NCBI GenBank assembly: GCA_963845565.1
Contig: CAWJSJ010000001.1
Location: 800,001-864,000 of the forward strand
Origin: an uncultured Methylomirabilota bacterium
Lineage (GTDB): Bacteria; Methylomirabilota; Methylomirabilia; Methylomirabilales; 2-02-FULL-66-22
DNA length: 64,000 nucleotides
Reading direction: 5' to 3'
Within the stretch, counting starts at the first letter, position 1. The number at the start of each line of letters is the position of its first letter. A program made the translations under genes and the position numbers. This document shows positions 37,916 to 46,624 of the stretch, piece after piece. The notes below the pieces were generated by a model, which worked only from the letters and a program-made list of their open reading frames with translations, had not been told where the DNA came from and did no database searches.

Positions 37916-39271
37916 CTACCGCGGAAGGTTGAGTTTGGCTCGCAGGGTCTGTCGGGTGATCCCCAGGATCTCGGCCGCCTTCGTCTTGTTACCGCCCACG
38001 CGCTTCAGCACGGCCGTGATGTACGCCTCCTCAACCTCGTGAAGCGGCTTGGGAAATAGGCTGCCGATGTTCGGGCCCTCGGCCGGCCCGCTGGGCCGCG
38101 CGCCCGAGATCTCGGGGGGCAGATGGTCTGGCAGGATGAGGTCGTCGTTTTCCAGAATGGTGATTCGCTCGATGACGTTCCGCAGCTCGCGGATGTTTCC
38201 CGGCCAGGGGTAGGCGGCCAATAATCGCTCGGCGTCCGGCGAGAAGCCCCGAATCGTCTTCTTGAACATCTGGTTCGCCTGTTGGAGGAAATGCTGTGCC
38301 AGGGCCAAGATGTCCTCTTGCCGCTCGCGGAGCGACGGCAGAGGGATGTAGATCAGGTTGAGCCGATAGTAGAGGTCCTTTCGGAAGTGGCCGGCTTTGA
38401 CCAATTCGAGGAGGTCGCGGTTGGTGGCGGCGACGACCCGGACGTCCACGGGAATGTCGTGCGTACCGCCGACACGCCGAAAACGTCGTTCCTCCAGAAA
38501 CCGCAGAAATTTTGCCTGCAGCGGAAGCGCCATCTCGCCGATCTCGTCGAGAAAGAGCGTTCCCTTGTGCGCGACCTCCGCCAGTCCCTTCTTGGCCGCC
38601 TTGGCGTCCGTGAAGGCCCCCCGCTCGTGACCGAAGAGTTCGCTCTCGAACAAGGTCTCGGAGATGCCGGCGCAGTTGACCTCCACCAGCGGGTACTCGC
38701 GCCGGGGCCCGCTGTAGTGGAGGCCGCGGGCCACCAGTTCCTTCCCCGTACCGCTCTCGCCGTGGATAAGAACGCTCAACGCTTCACTGGTGGCCACCTG
38801 CTTGACGATCTGTCGCAGCCGCTTCGCCGCCCGTGACTCGCCGATGAGTCGGGTGGTCTTGTGACGGCCCTCCTCCAGTTCCTGCAGCCGCCGGTACTTC
38901 TGCGCCAGAGCGGAGGACTCCAGGATCCGCTGAACCACCAGTTTGAGTTCGTCCAGGTCGAACGGCTTGCAGAGATAGTCGCCCGCCTGCGCCTTCATGG
39001 CCTCCACGGCGCCCCGCACTTCGCTATACGCAGTCATGATGATAACCGGCACCTCGGGCGCCAGGCGTTTCATTCGCTTGAGGACCTGCAGGCCGTTCAG
39101 GTCCGGCAGGATCATGTCCAAGAGAACCAGGTCACAGCTCACTTCCTGGAAGCGCTCCAAGGCTTCCTCCCCCGCACCCGCCTGGAGCGTGGCGTGCCCC
39201 TCTCCCTCCAGCGTGTCCTGCAACAAACGCCGCAGGTTCTTCTCGTCGTCCACAATCAGGATAGTGCTCAC
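37916..39271 (-). CDS. NtrC/AtoC-family sigma54-dependent response regulator
   Basis: Probable GTG 39271; REC domain; GESGTGKE; GAFTDA; WPGNIRELRN; Fis-type HTH. Confidence 0.93.
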   Translation of the reverse strand: MSTILIVDDEKNLRRLLQDTLEGEGHATLQAGAGEEALERFQEVSCDLVLLDMILPDLNGLQVLKRMKRLAPEVPVIIMTAYSEVRGAVEAMKAQAGDYLCKPFDLDELKLVVQRILESSALAQKYRRLQELEEGRHKTTRLIGESRAAKRLRQIVKQVATSEALSVLIHGESGTGKELVARGLHYSGPRREYPLVEVNCAGISETLFESELFGHERGAFTDAKAAKKGLAEVAHKGTLFLDEIGEMALPLQAKFLRFLEERRFRRVGGTHDIPVDVRVVAATNRDLLELVKAGHFRKDLYYRLNLIYIPLPSLRERQEDILALAQHFLQQANQMFKKTIRGFSPDAERLLAAYPWPGNIRELRNVIERITILENDDLILPDHLPPEISGARPSGPAEGPNIGSLFPKPLHEVEEAYITAVLKRVGGNKTKAAEILGITRQTLRAKLNLPR

Positions 39272-39281
39272 AGTCGTCGAC

Positions 39282-40439
39282 TCACGGTTGAACTCCCCTG
39301 CCGGTCGGGCATCCGGCTCCTCGATCGCCCCGGGCCTGCGGGATCCGGAGGATGGCACGACACCCCTGCCCACCGGCGTCTTCCAGACGGATCGTCCCTC
39401 CGTGCGCCCAGGTAATGGCCTGGGCCAGGGAAAGGCCGACTCCCAAGGCGCGCGGGCGCGTGGAGAAGAACGGTTCGAAGGCGCGCTGCCGCGCCTCCGG
39501 CGTCAAGCCTGACCCGGTATCGCGCCACTCCACCTCGACCCAGTCGTCGGAGACATCCGGCACGCCTCGAATCGCCCGGACTTCCACGGTCACGGTTCCA
39601 CCGTCCGGCATGGCATCCTGTGCATTCTGCAGGATCTCCGCATACGCCTGCGTCAGGCGGCCCGGGTCTGCGCAGAGCGTGGAGACTCGCGGATCCCATG
39701 ACGACAGAATCCGAATTCGTCGCGCTCGGCAGGCGGGAATGGCGGTATCCAGCAACCGGCCCAGCAGACCGGGGAGGTCCACCCCATCGACAAGTTGTAG
39801 ACCGCGCGCTCCGAGTCGGCCAAACTCCGCCAGCCGCGCGAGGAAGCGTTCGATTTGCTGAGCTTCCTCCTGAATGATCGCGGCGTACTCGCAGGCCGTT
39901 CCACCGCCGCCGAGCACCCGGACCAGCATCTGGCTACCCGCCAGAACGCCGGACAGCGGGTTGCGCAGTTCATGGACCAGGCCCGGCATCAGGAGTTGGA
40001 GACTCGTCAGGAGAGTCGCTTGGCGCGGTTCGGGTGCGGACCGGGCGCGTCGCATCAGTCGCTCGACCGCCTCTGCCGACACGGGGTCTTCCAGGTAATC
40101 CAGCGCCTGCGCGCGCATCGCCTCGACGGCGTCTGCCACGCGTCCGGGGGCGCCGATGACCGCCACCACCAGGTTCGGGGCCTGCTCTCGCAAACGCCGC
40201 AGGCGTTCTCCCATCGCCACCGCGTCCGGCCCCGTCCGGAGAATCGCCAGCAAGTAATCGGCGACCCCCTCGCCCGTTGGCACGGAGGGCGTCAGGGTAA
40301 CGATGCAGCCTTGTGCCGCCAGCAACTGCCCGAGGTCGTCCGCGCGATCGTCCGACCGACTCGTCACGACCAGAACACGGTCGCGTACCACCGCCCGACC
40401 CGCGTCCCCCGACGTTTCGGCATTGGCGCGCATCACCAT
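39282..40439 (-). CDS. Histidine kinase with degenerate N-terminal receiver domain
   Basis: H-box VHELRNPL; QNAQDAM; DTGSG; FEPFFST; GVGLS; REC-like N-terminus. Confidence 0.85.
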   Translation of the reverse strand: MVMRANAETSGDAGRAVVRDRVLVVTSRSDDRADDLGQLLAAQGCIVTLTPSVPTGEGVADYLLAILRTGPDAVAMGERLRRLREQAPNLVVAVIGAPGRVADAVEAMRAQALDYLEDPVSAEAVERLMRRARSAPEPRQATLLTSLQLLMPGLVHELRNPLSGVLAGSQMLVRVLGGGGTACEYAAIIQEEAQQIERFLARLAEFGRLGARGLQLVDGVDLPGLLGRLLDTAIPACRARRIRILSSWDPRVSTLCADPGRLTQAYAEILQNAQDAMPDGGTVTVEVRAIRGVPDVSDDWVEVEWRDTGSGLTPEARQRAFEPFFSTRPRALGVGLSLAQAITWAHGGTIRLEDAGGQGCRAILRIPQARGDRGAGCPTGRGVQP

Positions 40440-40486
40440 TCGCCCCCACGTAGATCCGCATCGCGGTCACCGAGAATTTGGGTCGA

Positions 40487-40515
40487 ATCATTTCAAGAGC
40501 GGCGGGAGGTGTCAA
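40487..40515 (-). promoter_or_regulatory. sigma70-type promoter for the kinase-bEBP pair
   Basis: TTGACA-N17-AATGAT with TG extension. Confidence 0.5.
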
Positions 40516-40590
40516 GAGGGTGCGGTCGCGAGATGCGGAGTTGTTCGGTTCTGCGTGCCCAAGGAGTGGCGTGGGTCCGGCGGCCGGCGC

Positions 40591-43134
40591 TCAGGCTGCG
40601 GCAGGTGGGTGCTGCTGGAGGACGCTCTCGATGACCTGATGAACCGTCTCGAACGTGTACGGCTTCTGGATCACCTCGGCCACTCCCGATTCCGCCACTT
40701 GCTGGGGATCGATCTGCGCCCCCCAGCCGGACACCAAGACCACGGGGAGTTGCGGCCTGAGGCGCCGAGCCTCCCGCGCCACATCCCAGCCGCTCATCTC
40801 CGGCATCCCCAGATCGGTGAGCAGGAGGTCGAAGGTCTGGTCGGCGAGCAGCGCCACCGCCGCCGCGCCTCCCGTGACCGTCCAGACGCGATGTCCCTGC
40901 AACTCCAGAAACGAGCGGAGCAGTTGGGCCAATTTCGGCTCGTCGTCGACGACCAAAATACTCGCCCCGCGCGAGGATGGTCGGGAGGTTGCCGGCTCCG
41001 CGACAGGTTCGGGGCCTCCGGCTGGCGCACCGAACGGCCGCGCCGTGTCCTCCGAGGCCGCCGGAAGACGGACGGTGAAGATGGTTCCCTGGCTCGGGCT
41101 AGACTGCACGCCGATCGTTCCTTGGTGTTGCTCCACGATGTTGTGCGCAACCGCCAACCCGAGACCCACCCCCGACCCCTCCTTGGTCGAAAAGAACGGG
41201 TCGAAAATGCGGTCCAGAATCTCGGGCGCCATGCCCGCACCCGTATCTGCAACCGTCATTTCCACCCACGCCGGGGCATCCGCCGCGTGGCGCGGCGCCG
41301 GGCGGGTGCCCAAGGTGAGAAGCCCGCCCTGCGGCATCGCGTCCACGGCATTCAAGATCAGGTTCGTGAGCATTTCACGGAGTTCCGAGGGGTTCCCGCC
41401 CACCTCCGGTACGGGCTGCAGATCCAGATGAATCTCGATCGTGACGCCTCGCGCTTGGACGGCGTTCTTCCAGCGCCCCCGAGTCAGCTCCACCGCCTCC
41501 CGCACGACTTCGGGCAGGTCGATCGCCACACGGTGGGGTTCGCGGCGCGCCCGGGTGTACTCCAGGATGCGGCGCACCATCGCCGCTCCGTCACGGGCCG
41601 CGCGGCGAATCGTTTGGATCTCTTCCTGGCGGTGCGGATCCGCGTCCGTCCGCGCGAGGAGCTCCGCGCTGCCCAGGATCGCGGTGAGCAAATTGTTGAA
41701 GTCGTGGGCCACACCGCTCGCAAGCTCACCGACCGCGCGCAGCCGCTCGGTCCGGTCGGTGCGGCCTTGCGTGTGCCGCAGATGTCGCGTCGTCTTGTCC
41801 GCCTGAAGCGCCAGCCGCGTCGCCGCGATTCCCGCCGCCAGCGCATCCGCCAGGATCGCCAGTCGCGCGATCTCCTCGGCGGTGAACACCCCGTTCCTCT
41901 CGTTCGCGACATTGAGGATCCCGATGACGTCCCCGCGGAACAAGAGGGGCAGCGAGAGGTGGCTTGCCGGTACGTCGGCCCCGGATCCTTCCAGGGCCGC
42001 CAGGCGCCCGCACGATACCACGGTGGGCTGTAGGGGGAGGACCTGCAGACCCGCCAGTCTCCGTGCGCAGTCACAGGGGGCTGCACCGCAAAGCGCCGCC
42101 GCCGACACACGAGGATCGTCCGCGGCGTGCGCCGTCCCACCCAGGAACACCTGGCGGTCCTCCTCGACCGCAACGGGCTGGAGGCCTTCGTCCTGGCCCG
42201 CCCGCAGGAAACACCACGCGAAACGGGCCCCGACGACACTCCCCAGGACCCCCGCCAGGCCACGCGAGATCAGATCGGGTAGCCGCACGCCGGTCCGGGT
42301 GGCCTCCCCAAGCATCCGAAGGGCGTCCGCGAGCCGCGCCTGACCCCGCAGGCGGCTCTCCATTGCCAGCAACTGCTCCTGCTGCACCGCGCCGACTCGC
42401 TGCTCCTCGCTGACATCCAGCAAATACGCGGCGTAGCCGATGGGCCGATGCTCAGGATCGAAGAGCGATACGAGCTTCGTCCGGACCGTCAGGACGGCAC
42501 CGTCTTTGCGGCGAACGTGGTGTTCGCGAAGCGTGATTCCCGCCCGCCGGCACGCCTCCAACTCCGTGGTCAAATTGAACCCCGGCGTCACCACGAAGGC
42601 AGCAGGAGTCTGCCGCCCGATCACCTCCTCGGCCGGGTGCCCGAGCAGGCCCGCGCATCCCCAGTACGTGAAGGTCCCGGCCAGATCCACGCTGTAGATG
42701 CCAATCCGACTGCAACGGGAGATCGTTTCGAGGTGCCCCAGGGTCTCGGCAGCCCGGCGCTTCTGGCGCTGCCTGTTCATGAGCTGGGTCAGCAGACCGC
42801 TCATGCGCCCGAGGTCGAACGGCTTGGTGAGGTAGTCGAAGGCGCCGAGCCGGAGCGCCTCGACCGTGGTTTCGGCGCTGGGATAGCCGGTCATGACGAT
42901 GGCGTCCACCTGCGGCTCGGCCTGCCGGGCAGTTTGCAGAATTTGGATCCCGCTGATGTCCCCAGGAAGGATGAGGTCAAGCAGCATGACGTCCGGAGGC
43001 TCGGCCTTGAGCGCCGCCAAGGCGGTGAGGCCGTCAGGGGCGGTGGCCACGCTGTACCCCAGGGTCTCCAAGAGCATGGTGAGCCCCTCGCGCGTCGCCG
43101 GATCGTCTTCCACGATGAGGATGCGTTCCGCCAC
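40591..43134 (-). CDS. Hybrid histidine kinase REC-PAS-GAF-HisKA-HATPase-REC
   Basis: GTG with GGAGG; two intact REC domains; RRKDG PAC-like segment; GVAHDFNNLL; NAVDAM; GVGLGL. Confidence 0.93.
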   Translation of the reverse strand: MAERILIVEDDPATREGLTMLLETLGYSVATAPDGLTALAALKAEPPDVMLLDLILPGDISGIQILQTARQAEPQVDAIVMTGYPSAETTVEALRLGAFDYLTKPFDLGRMSGLLTQLMNRQRQKRRAAETLGHLETISRCSRIGIYSVDLAGTFTYWGCAGLLGHPAEEVIGRQTPAAFVVTPGFNLTTELEACRRAGITLREHHVRRKDGAVLTVRTKLVSLFDPEHRPIGYAAYLLDVSEEQRVGAVQQEQLLAMESRLRGQARLADALRMLGEATRTGVRLPDLISRGLAGVLGSVVGARFAWCFLRAGQDEGLQPVAVEEDRQVFLGGTAHAADDPRVSAAALCGAAPCDCARRLAGLQVLPLQPTVVSCGRLAALEGSGADVPASHLSLPLLFRGDVIGILNVANERNGVFTAEEIARLAILADALAAGIAATRLALQADKTTRHLRHTQGRTDRTERLRAVGELASGVAHDFNNLLTAILGSAELLARTDADPHRQEEIQTIRRAARDGAAMVRRILEYTRARREPHRVAIDLPEVVREAVELTRGRWKNAVQARGVTIEIHLDLQPVPEVGGNPSELREMLTNLILNAVDAMPQGGLLTLGTRPAPRHAADAPAWVEMTVADTGAGMAPEILDRIFDPFFSTKEGSGVGLGLAVAHNIVEQHQGTIGVQSSPSQGTIFTVRLPAASEDTARPFGAPAGGPEPVAEPATSRPSSRGASILVVDDEPKLAQLLRSFLELQGHRVWTVTGGAAAVALLADQTFDLLLTDLGMPEMSGWDVAREARRLRPQLPVVLVSGWGAQIDPQQVAESGVAEVIQKPYTFETVHQVIESVLQQHPPAAA

Positions 43135-43316
43135 TTGCGACCTCCACCGCGCCGCCTGCCCGGCAGTGATTCTCCCAGCTGGGGCCCCAGGATTTTCGAG
43201 AGATTACCGCAAATCCCTGCTTGTCGCCAAGACCCAAATGCACGGGTGTACGCATTTCAGACAATGCCTCTCCGCACCCACCGAACGGTCGCGGCGCAAG
43301 CGCCGACGTGGATCGG

Positions 43317-44951
43317 TCACACAGGCTCAGCGCCCGGGGCCGCGCCGGACGAAGACACGGGGCGGGCCGCCGCGGGGTGCGCCGCACACCAGGCGCAGAA
43401 CGCCTCCACCGCGGCGGGGTCGAACTGCGTTCCGGCTCCGCGTCGGAGTTGGTCGATCGCGGCCGCCTCCGACAGTTCCCGCCGATACGATCGTGCGCTC
43501 CGCATGGCGTCGAACGCATCGGCCACCCCGATGATGCGGGCTGCCAGGGGGATGGCCTCGCCCGTCAACCCGTCCGGATAGCCTGACCCGTCCAGCCGTT
43601 CGTGGTGGTGACGCACGATCCGGGCCTCCTCGGTCAGAAATCCCAGCGATCCGAGAATTCGCGCCCCGAGTTGCGGATGCTCACGCATCGCGGCCCATTC
43701 CGCCGCGGTGAGTTCTCCCGGCTTGTCCAGCACCTCATCGCGAATGCCCACCTTTCCCAGATCGTGCAGCAGGGCGGCCGTGTGCACCTGTTCGTCTGCC
43801 AGGACGGACAGCCCCAAGGTCACGGAGATTCCGTGCGCGTACTCCGCCACGCGCATCGAATGTCCCTCGGTGTACTTGTGTTTCGCCTCCAGCGTCACGA
43901 TCAACGACGCCACGCTCGCTTGGAAGGCTTGCTCCAACTGTCGACCCAGGCTGGCGTTCTCCAGCGCGACCGCGGTTTGCGCCGCGAACGCCGCGAGGAG
44001 ATCCGCATCCGACATGCCGAACGGCGGTCCGCCGGCGAGCCGACCCGCACACAACACGCCGACCATCTCCCCATGGATCACCAGCGCCGCAGCGGCGAGC
44101 GGGGCGCCGTAGATCGTCCCGTACCAGGGTTCCCCCTCCGCTCTCATGCCCAGACGCTGCGCCGCCTCCGTCAACGGGAGTAAACCCGCGCGCACCCCGA
44201 GTGTTTCCACGGGCCGGATCGTTCCGCGCTCCAGCAGTCCGAGGCTCGCCTGATTCGCCCCCAACGCGCGCCGCGCGACCTCCAGGCTGCGCCGCACGAG
44301 CGGTGCCAAGCGGTCGCCCGGACGACTCTTCGCAGGCGAAGTCGGGTCCGTGGTAGGTGCCGCACACAGCGCGGCGGAAAACTGGGTCAGGAGCGACAGT
44401 TGACTGGTCTTGCGCAGGAGGTTGGAATCCAAGCGGTCAAGCCCGGATGGTGCCATCCGCGGCGGAAACCCCGCGGAATCCTGTGGAGCCGCGGACAGAC
44501 CCGCGTCCGGCCGCGCGCGCGTCGCCGCCAGACGGTCGAGAACCTCTACCAGTTCAGAAATCGCCACCGGTTTGCGTAAGCACGCCACTACACCCAAGCG
44601 GTCGGCTTCGCTCAGGATCGACGCGTCAGCGCAGGCACTGACCACCACGCACCGCAGGTCGGGCACGTGTGCGCGCAGGAGCGCCAGGAATTCCAGGCCA
44701 TCCATGCCGGGCATTCGCAGATCCGAACAGACGAGATCCGGTGGCTCGCTCCGGAGCGCCCGCAACGCCTCCCCGGCGTCGCCGGTGCGCCGGACATGGC
44801 ACCCCAAGGCCTCGAACGCCTCGGCGAGGTAGGCCCGGCAGTCGTCGTCGTCGTCGACGATGAGTATCCGCCACGGCGGTACCCCCGCCGCGCGCCGATC
44901 CCCGGATTGTGCTCCGCCGGCGGCGAGGTCTGCGGTGGATGGTGTCGACAC
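43317..44951 (-). CDS. REC-GAF-HD-GYP cyclic di-nucleotide phosphodiesterase
   Basis: Start approximate (GTG 44951); REC domain; YTEGHS, LLHDLGK, HHERLDGSGYPDGL, ADAFDAM. Confidence 0.92.
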   Translation of the reverse strand: MSTPSTADLAAGGAQSGDRRAAGVPPWRILIVDDDDDCRAYLAEAFEALGCHVRRTGDAGEALRALRSEPPDLVCSDLRMPGMDGLEFLALLRAHVPDLRCVVVSACADASILSEADRLGVVACLRKPVAISELVEVLDRLAATRARPDAGLSAAPQDSAGFPPRMAPSGLDRLDSNLLRKTSQLSLLTQFSAALCAAPTTDPTSPAKSRPGDRLAPLVRRSLEVARRALGANQASLGLLERGTIRPVETLGVRAGLLPLTEAAQRLGMRAEGEPWYGTIYGAPLAAAALVIHGEMVGVLCAGRLAGGPPFGMSDADLLAAFAAQTAVALENASLGRQLEQAFQASVASLIVTLEAKHKYTEGHSMRVAEYAHGISVTLGLSVLADEQVHTAALLHDLGKVGIRDEVLDKPGELTAAEWAAMREHPQLGARILGSLGFLTEEARIVRHHHERLDGSGYPDGLTGEAIPLAARIIGVADAFDAMRSARSYRRELSEAAAIDQLRRGAGTQFDPAAVEAFCAWCAAHPAAARPVSSSGAAPGAEPV

Positions 44952-45018
44952 GGTCGTCCTCACAGGATGCAGAGCCGGGGGCGCCCTCGCACAGGCTGCC
45001 CGTGTCACGGAGGGGCGC

Positions 45019-45645
45019 TTAGAGAGAGGCGAGGAGGATTCGCTTCTTTTCTTCAAACTCGGTCGTGGTGATGACTCCCTGCCTGTGCAGCGCCCGCATT
45101 CGTTCGAGGCGATGGAAGGCGTCGTCCCGCCCTGTCCCGTCTAGGGGCCCAGCCGAGCCGGGCAACACCGGAAGGTCGCTCAATTCTCGAGCGCGCGGCG
45201 CGGACGGCGAGCCGGTGGTCTCGACGCGACCGGTCAGCCGGACTGCGCGCAACGCCCGCACCTCGCGGCGGAGTTGAACGAGTTCCGCCGCATTGCCCAC
45301 GCGAGCCTGCACTTCCGGAACGTTGATCGGCTTCACGAGCAGATCCGAGACGCCGGCCTGGTACGCCTCCGCGATGATCTCGTCGCTGGCGAACCCGGTA
45401 ATGACCAAACAGCAGACCTCCGGCTCAACGCGCCGCACGGCGCGCACCAAGTCCAGTCCGTTCATGTCCGGCATGCGGAGGTCCGTGATGAGCAAATCAG
45501 GTGGTTGCGCCTCGGCCAGCCGGAGGGCTGCCCTCGGGCGATCCACCGCCGTCACCGCGAACCCGATCTCCTCCAGGATCGCCTGGAGCAACTGAAGACC
45601 GGTCGGATCGTCGTCCACGATCAACACCGAGAGACCGGAGGTCAT
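45019..45645 (-). CDS. Response regulator with C-terminal SHOCT-like domain
   Basis: ATG 45645; intact REC (VDDD, TDLRMP, ITG, VKP); C-terminal LERMRALHRQGVITTTEFEEKKRILL. Confidence 0.85.
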   Translation of the reverse strand: MTSGLSVLIVDDDPTGLQLLQAILEEIGFAVTAVDRPRAALRLAEAQPPDLLITDLRMPDMNGLDLVRAVRRVEPEVCCLVITGFASDEIIAEAYQAGVSDLLVKPINVPEVQARVGNAAELVQLRREVRALRAVRLTGRVETTGSPSAPRARELSDLPVLPGSAGPLDGTGRDDAFHRLERMRALHRQGVITTTEFEEKKRILLASL

Positions 45646-45922
45646 CGCTCTGCACCTCGTGGGCTCTGCCCTGATCTGCAGTCGCCAAAAGACCAAGCTC
45701 CGCAACCACCGCGCGCCGCACCTGGGCTTCTACCTGCAGGCGGTGACCGTGGGCTGAGATCTCCACGCGATCCCCGTCGCCGTTGGCCGCCGCACACGCC
45801 TCGTCCCTCTCTGCACGCACCGATACGGAGGAATCCGCTTCGCCAGAAGCCCGACCCCCCGTTGTGCGCGCACCAGGACGCGGCAGATCCCGGAGCCAAT
45901 CGGCAAGCGCGATCTCGAGCAT
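45497..45922 (-). CDS. Hypothetical protein with FlgM-like DRVEIS motif (3' end uncertain)
   Basis: ATG 8 nt after the flaG stop; GDRVEISAHG; overlaps the next gene by 149 nt. Confidence 0.35.
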   Translation of the reverse strand: MLEIALADWLRDLPRPGARTTGGRASGEADSSVSVRAERDEACAAANGDGDRVEISAHGHRLQVEAQVRRAVVAELGLLATADQGRAHEVQSDDLRSLGVDRGRRSDRSSVAPGDPGGDRVRGDGGGSPEGSPPAGRGATT

Positions 45923-45930
45923 GCTACGGC

Positions 45931-46248
45931 TTATCCGGTCCGATCCAGCACGACCCCGAGCATCGACTCCATAGCGGCCCGCAGCCGCTGCACTTCTTCC
46001 GCCGGAATCTGCCGGATCACCTGGTGCGTTTCTCGGTTGACGATCTTGATGACCAGCTCCCGGCTCTCCTGATTCACCTCGAACACCAGCCCGACATCCC
46101 CCGCGGGGTCGCGCACCACCGGCTCTGGCGGTCGAGGCCGGGCTGCCGGCTCGCTACGCACGATCCGGGGATCGGGTGGACGAAGCCCCATACCCGACCC
46201 GGGGTTCGCCGCAGCCACCGTTCCGACGGCTTCGATCTCGGTGACCAT
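45931..46248 (-). CDS. flaG: Flagellar protein FlaG
   Basis: LVFEVNQESRELVIKIVNRETHQVIRQIPAEE...GVVLD. Confidence 0.92.
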   Translation of the reverse strand: MVTEIEAVGTVAAANPGSGMGLRPPDPRIVRSEPAARPRPPEPVVRDPAGDVGLVFEVNQESRELVIKIVNRETHQVIRQIPAEEVQRLRAAMESMLGVVLDRTG

Positions 46249-46275
46249 GATACCCTCCGAATCGGGGACCCACCT

Positions 46276-46614
46276 TCAGCGCAAATGATCGAGGTATGCC
46301 GCCGGGGTCGCGGCTCTCGTGGCGTAACACAGGAGGGCGCGACCGCCTGTGTCGAGATGCGACAGCGCCGCCTCCACGCGTTGCATCTCTGCCCGGATCG
46401 CACCGATGGCGTGATTGATCGTCGCCATCACCGGGTCCAGGTCACCGGGACGCACCACGCGACCCTGCAATACGTCGAGGAGGCGTTGCCGGGTCCCCAA
46501 GAGCAACCGGACCTCCTCGAGATTCCCCGTCGCGATCGCGTCGAGTTGCGCGGCACTCACCCGCTCAAGTTCCGCGATCTCTTCTGCGCTGATGAGCGTG
46601 CTCGGCACCGACAT
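46276..46614 (-). CDS. FliT-like flagellar chaperone
   Basis: Helical QLDAIATGNLEEVRLLLGTRQRLL; follows fliD. Confidence 0.6.
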   Translation of the reverse strand: MSVPSTLISAEEIAELERVSAAQLDAIATGNLEEVRLLLGTRQRLLDVLQGRVVRPGDLDPVMATINHAIGAIRAEMQRVEAALSHLDTGGRALLCYATRAATPAAYLDHLR

Positions 46615-46624
46615 GCGGATTCCC

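Noticed and set aside
38600..38625. GAFTDA instead of GAFTGA in the NtrC-like bEBP
   Set aside because: Common natural variant; not sufficient evidence for sigma54 independence
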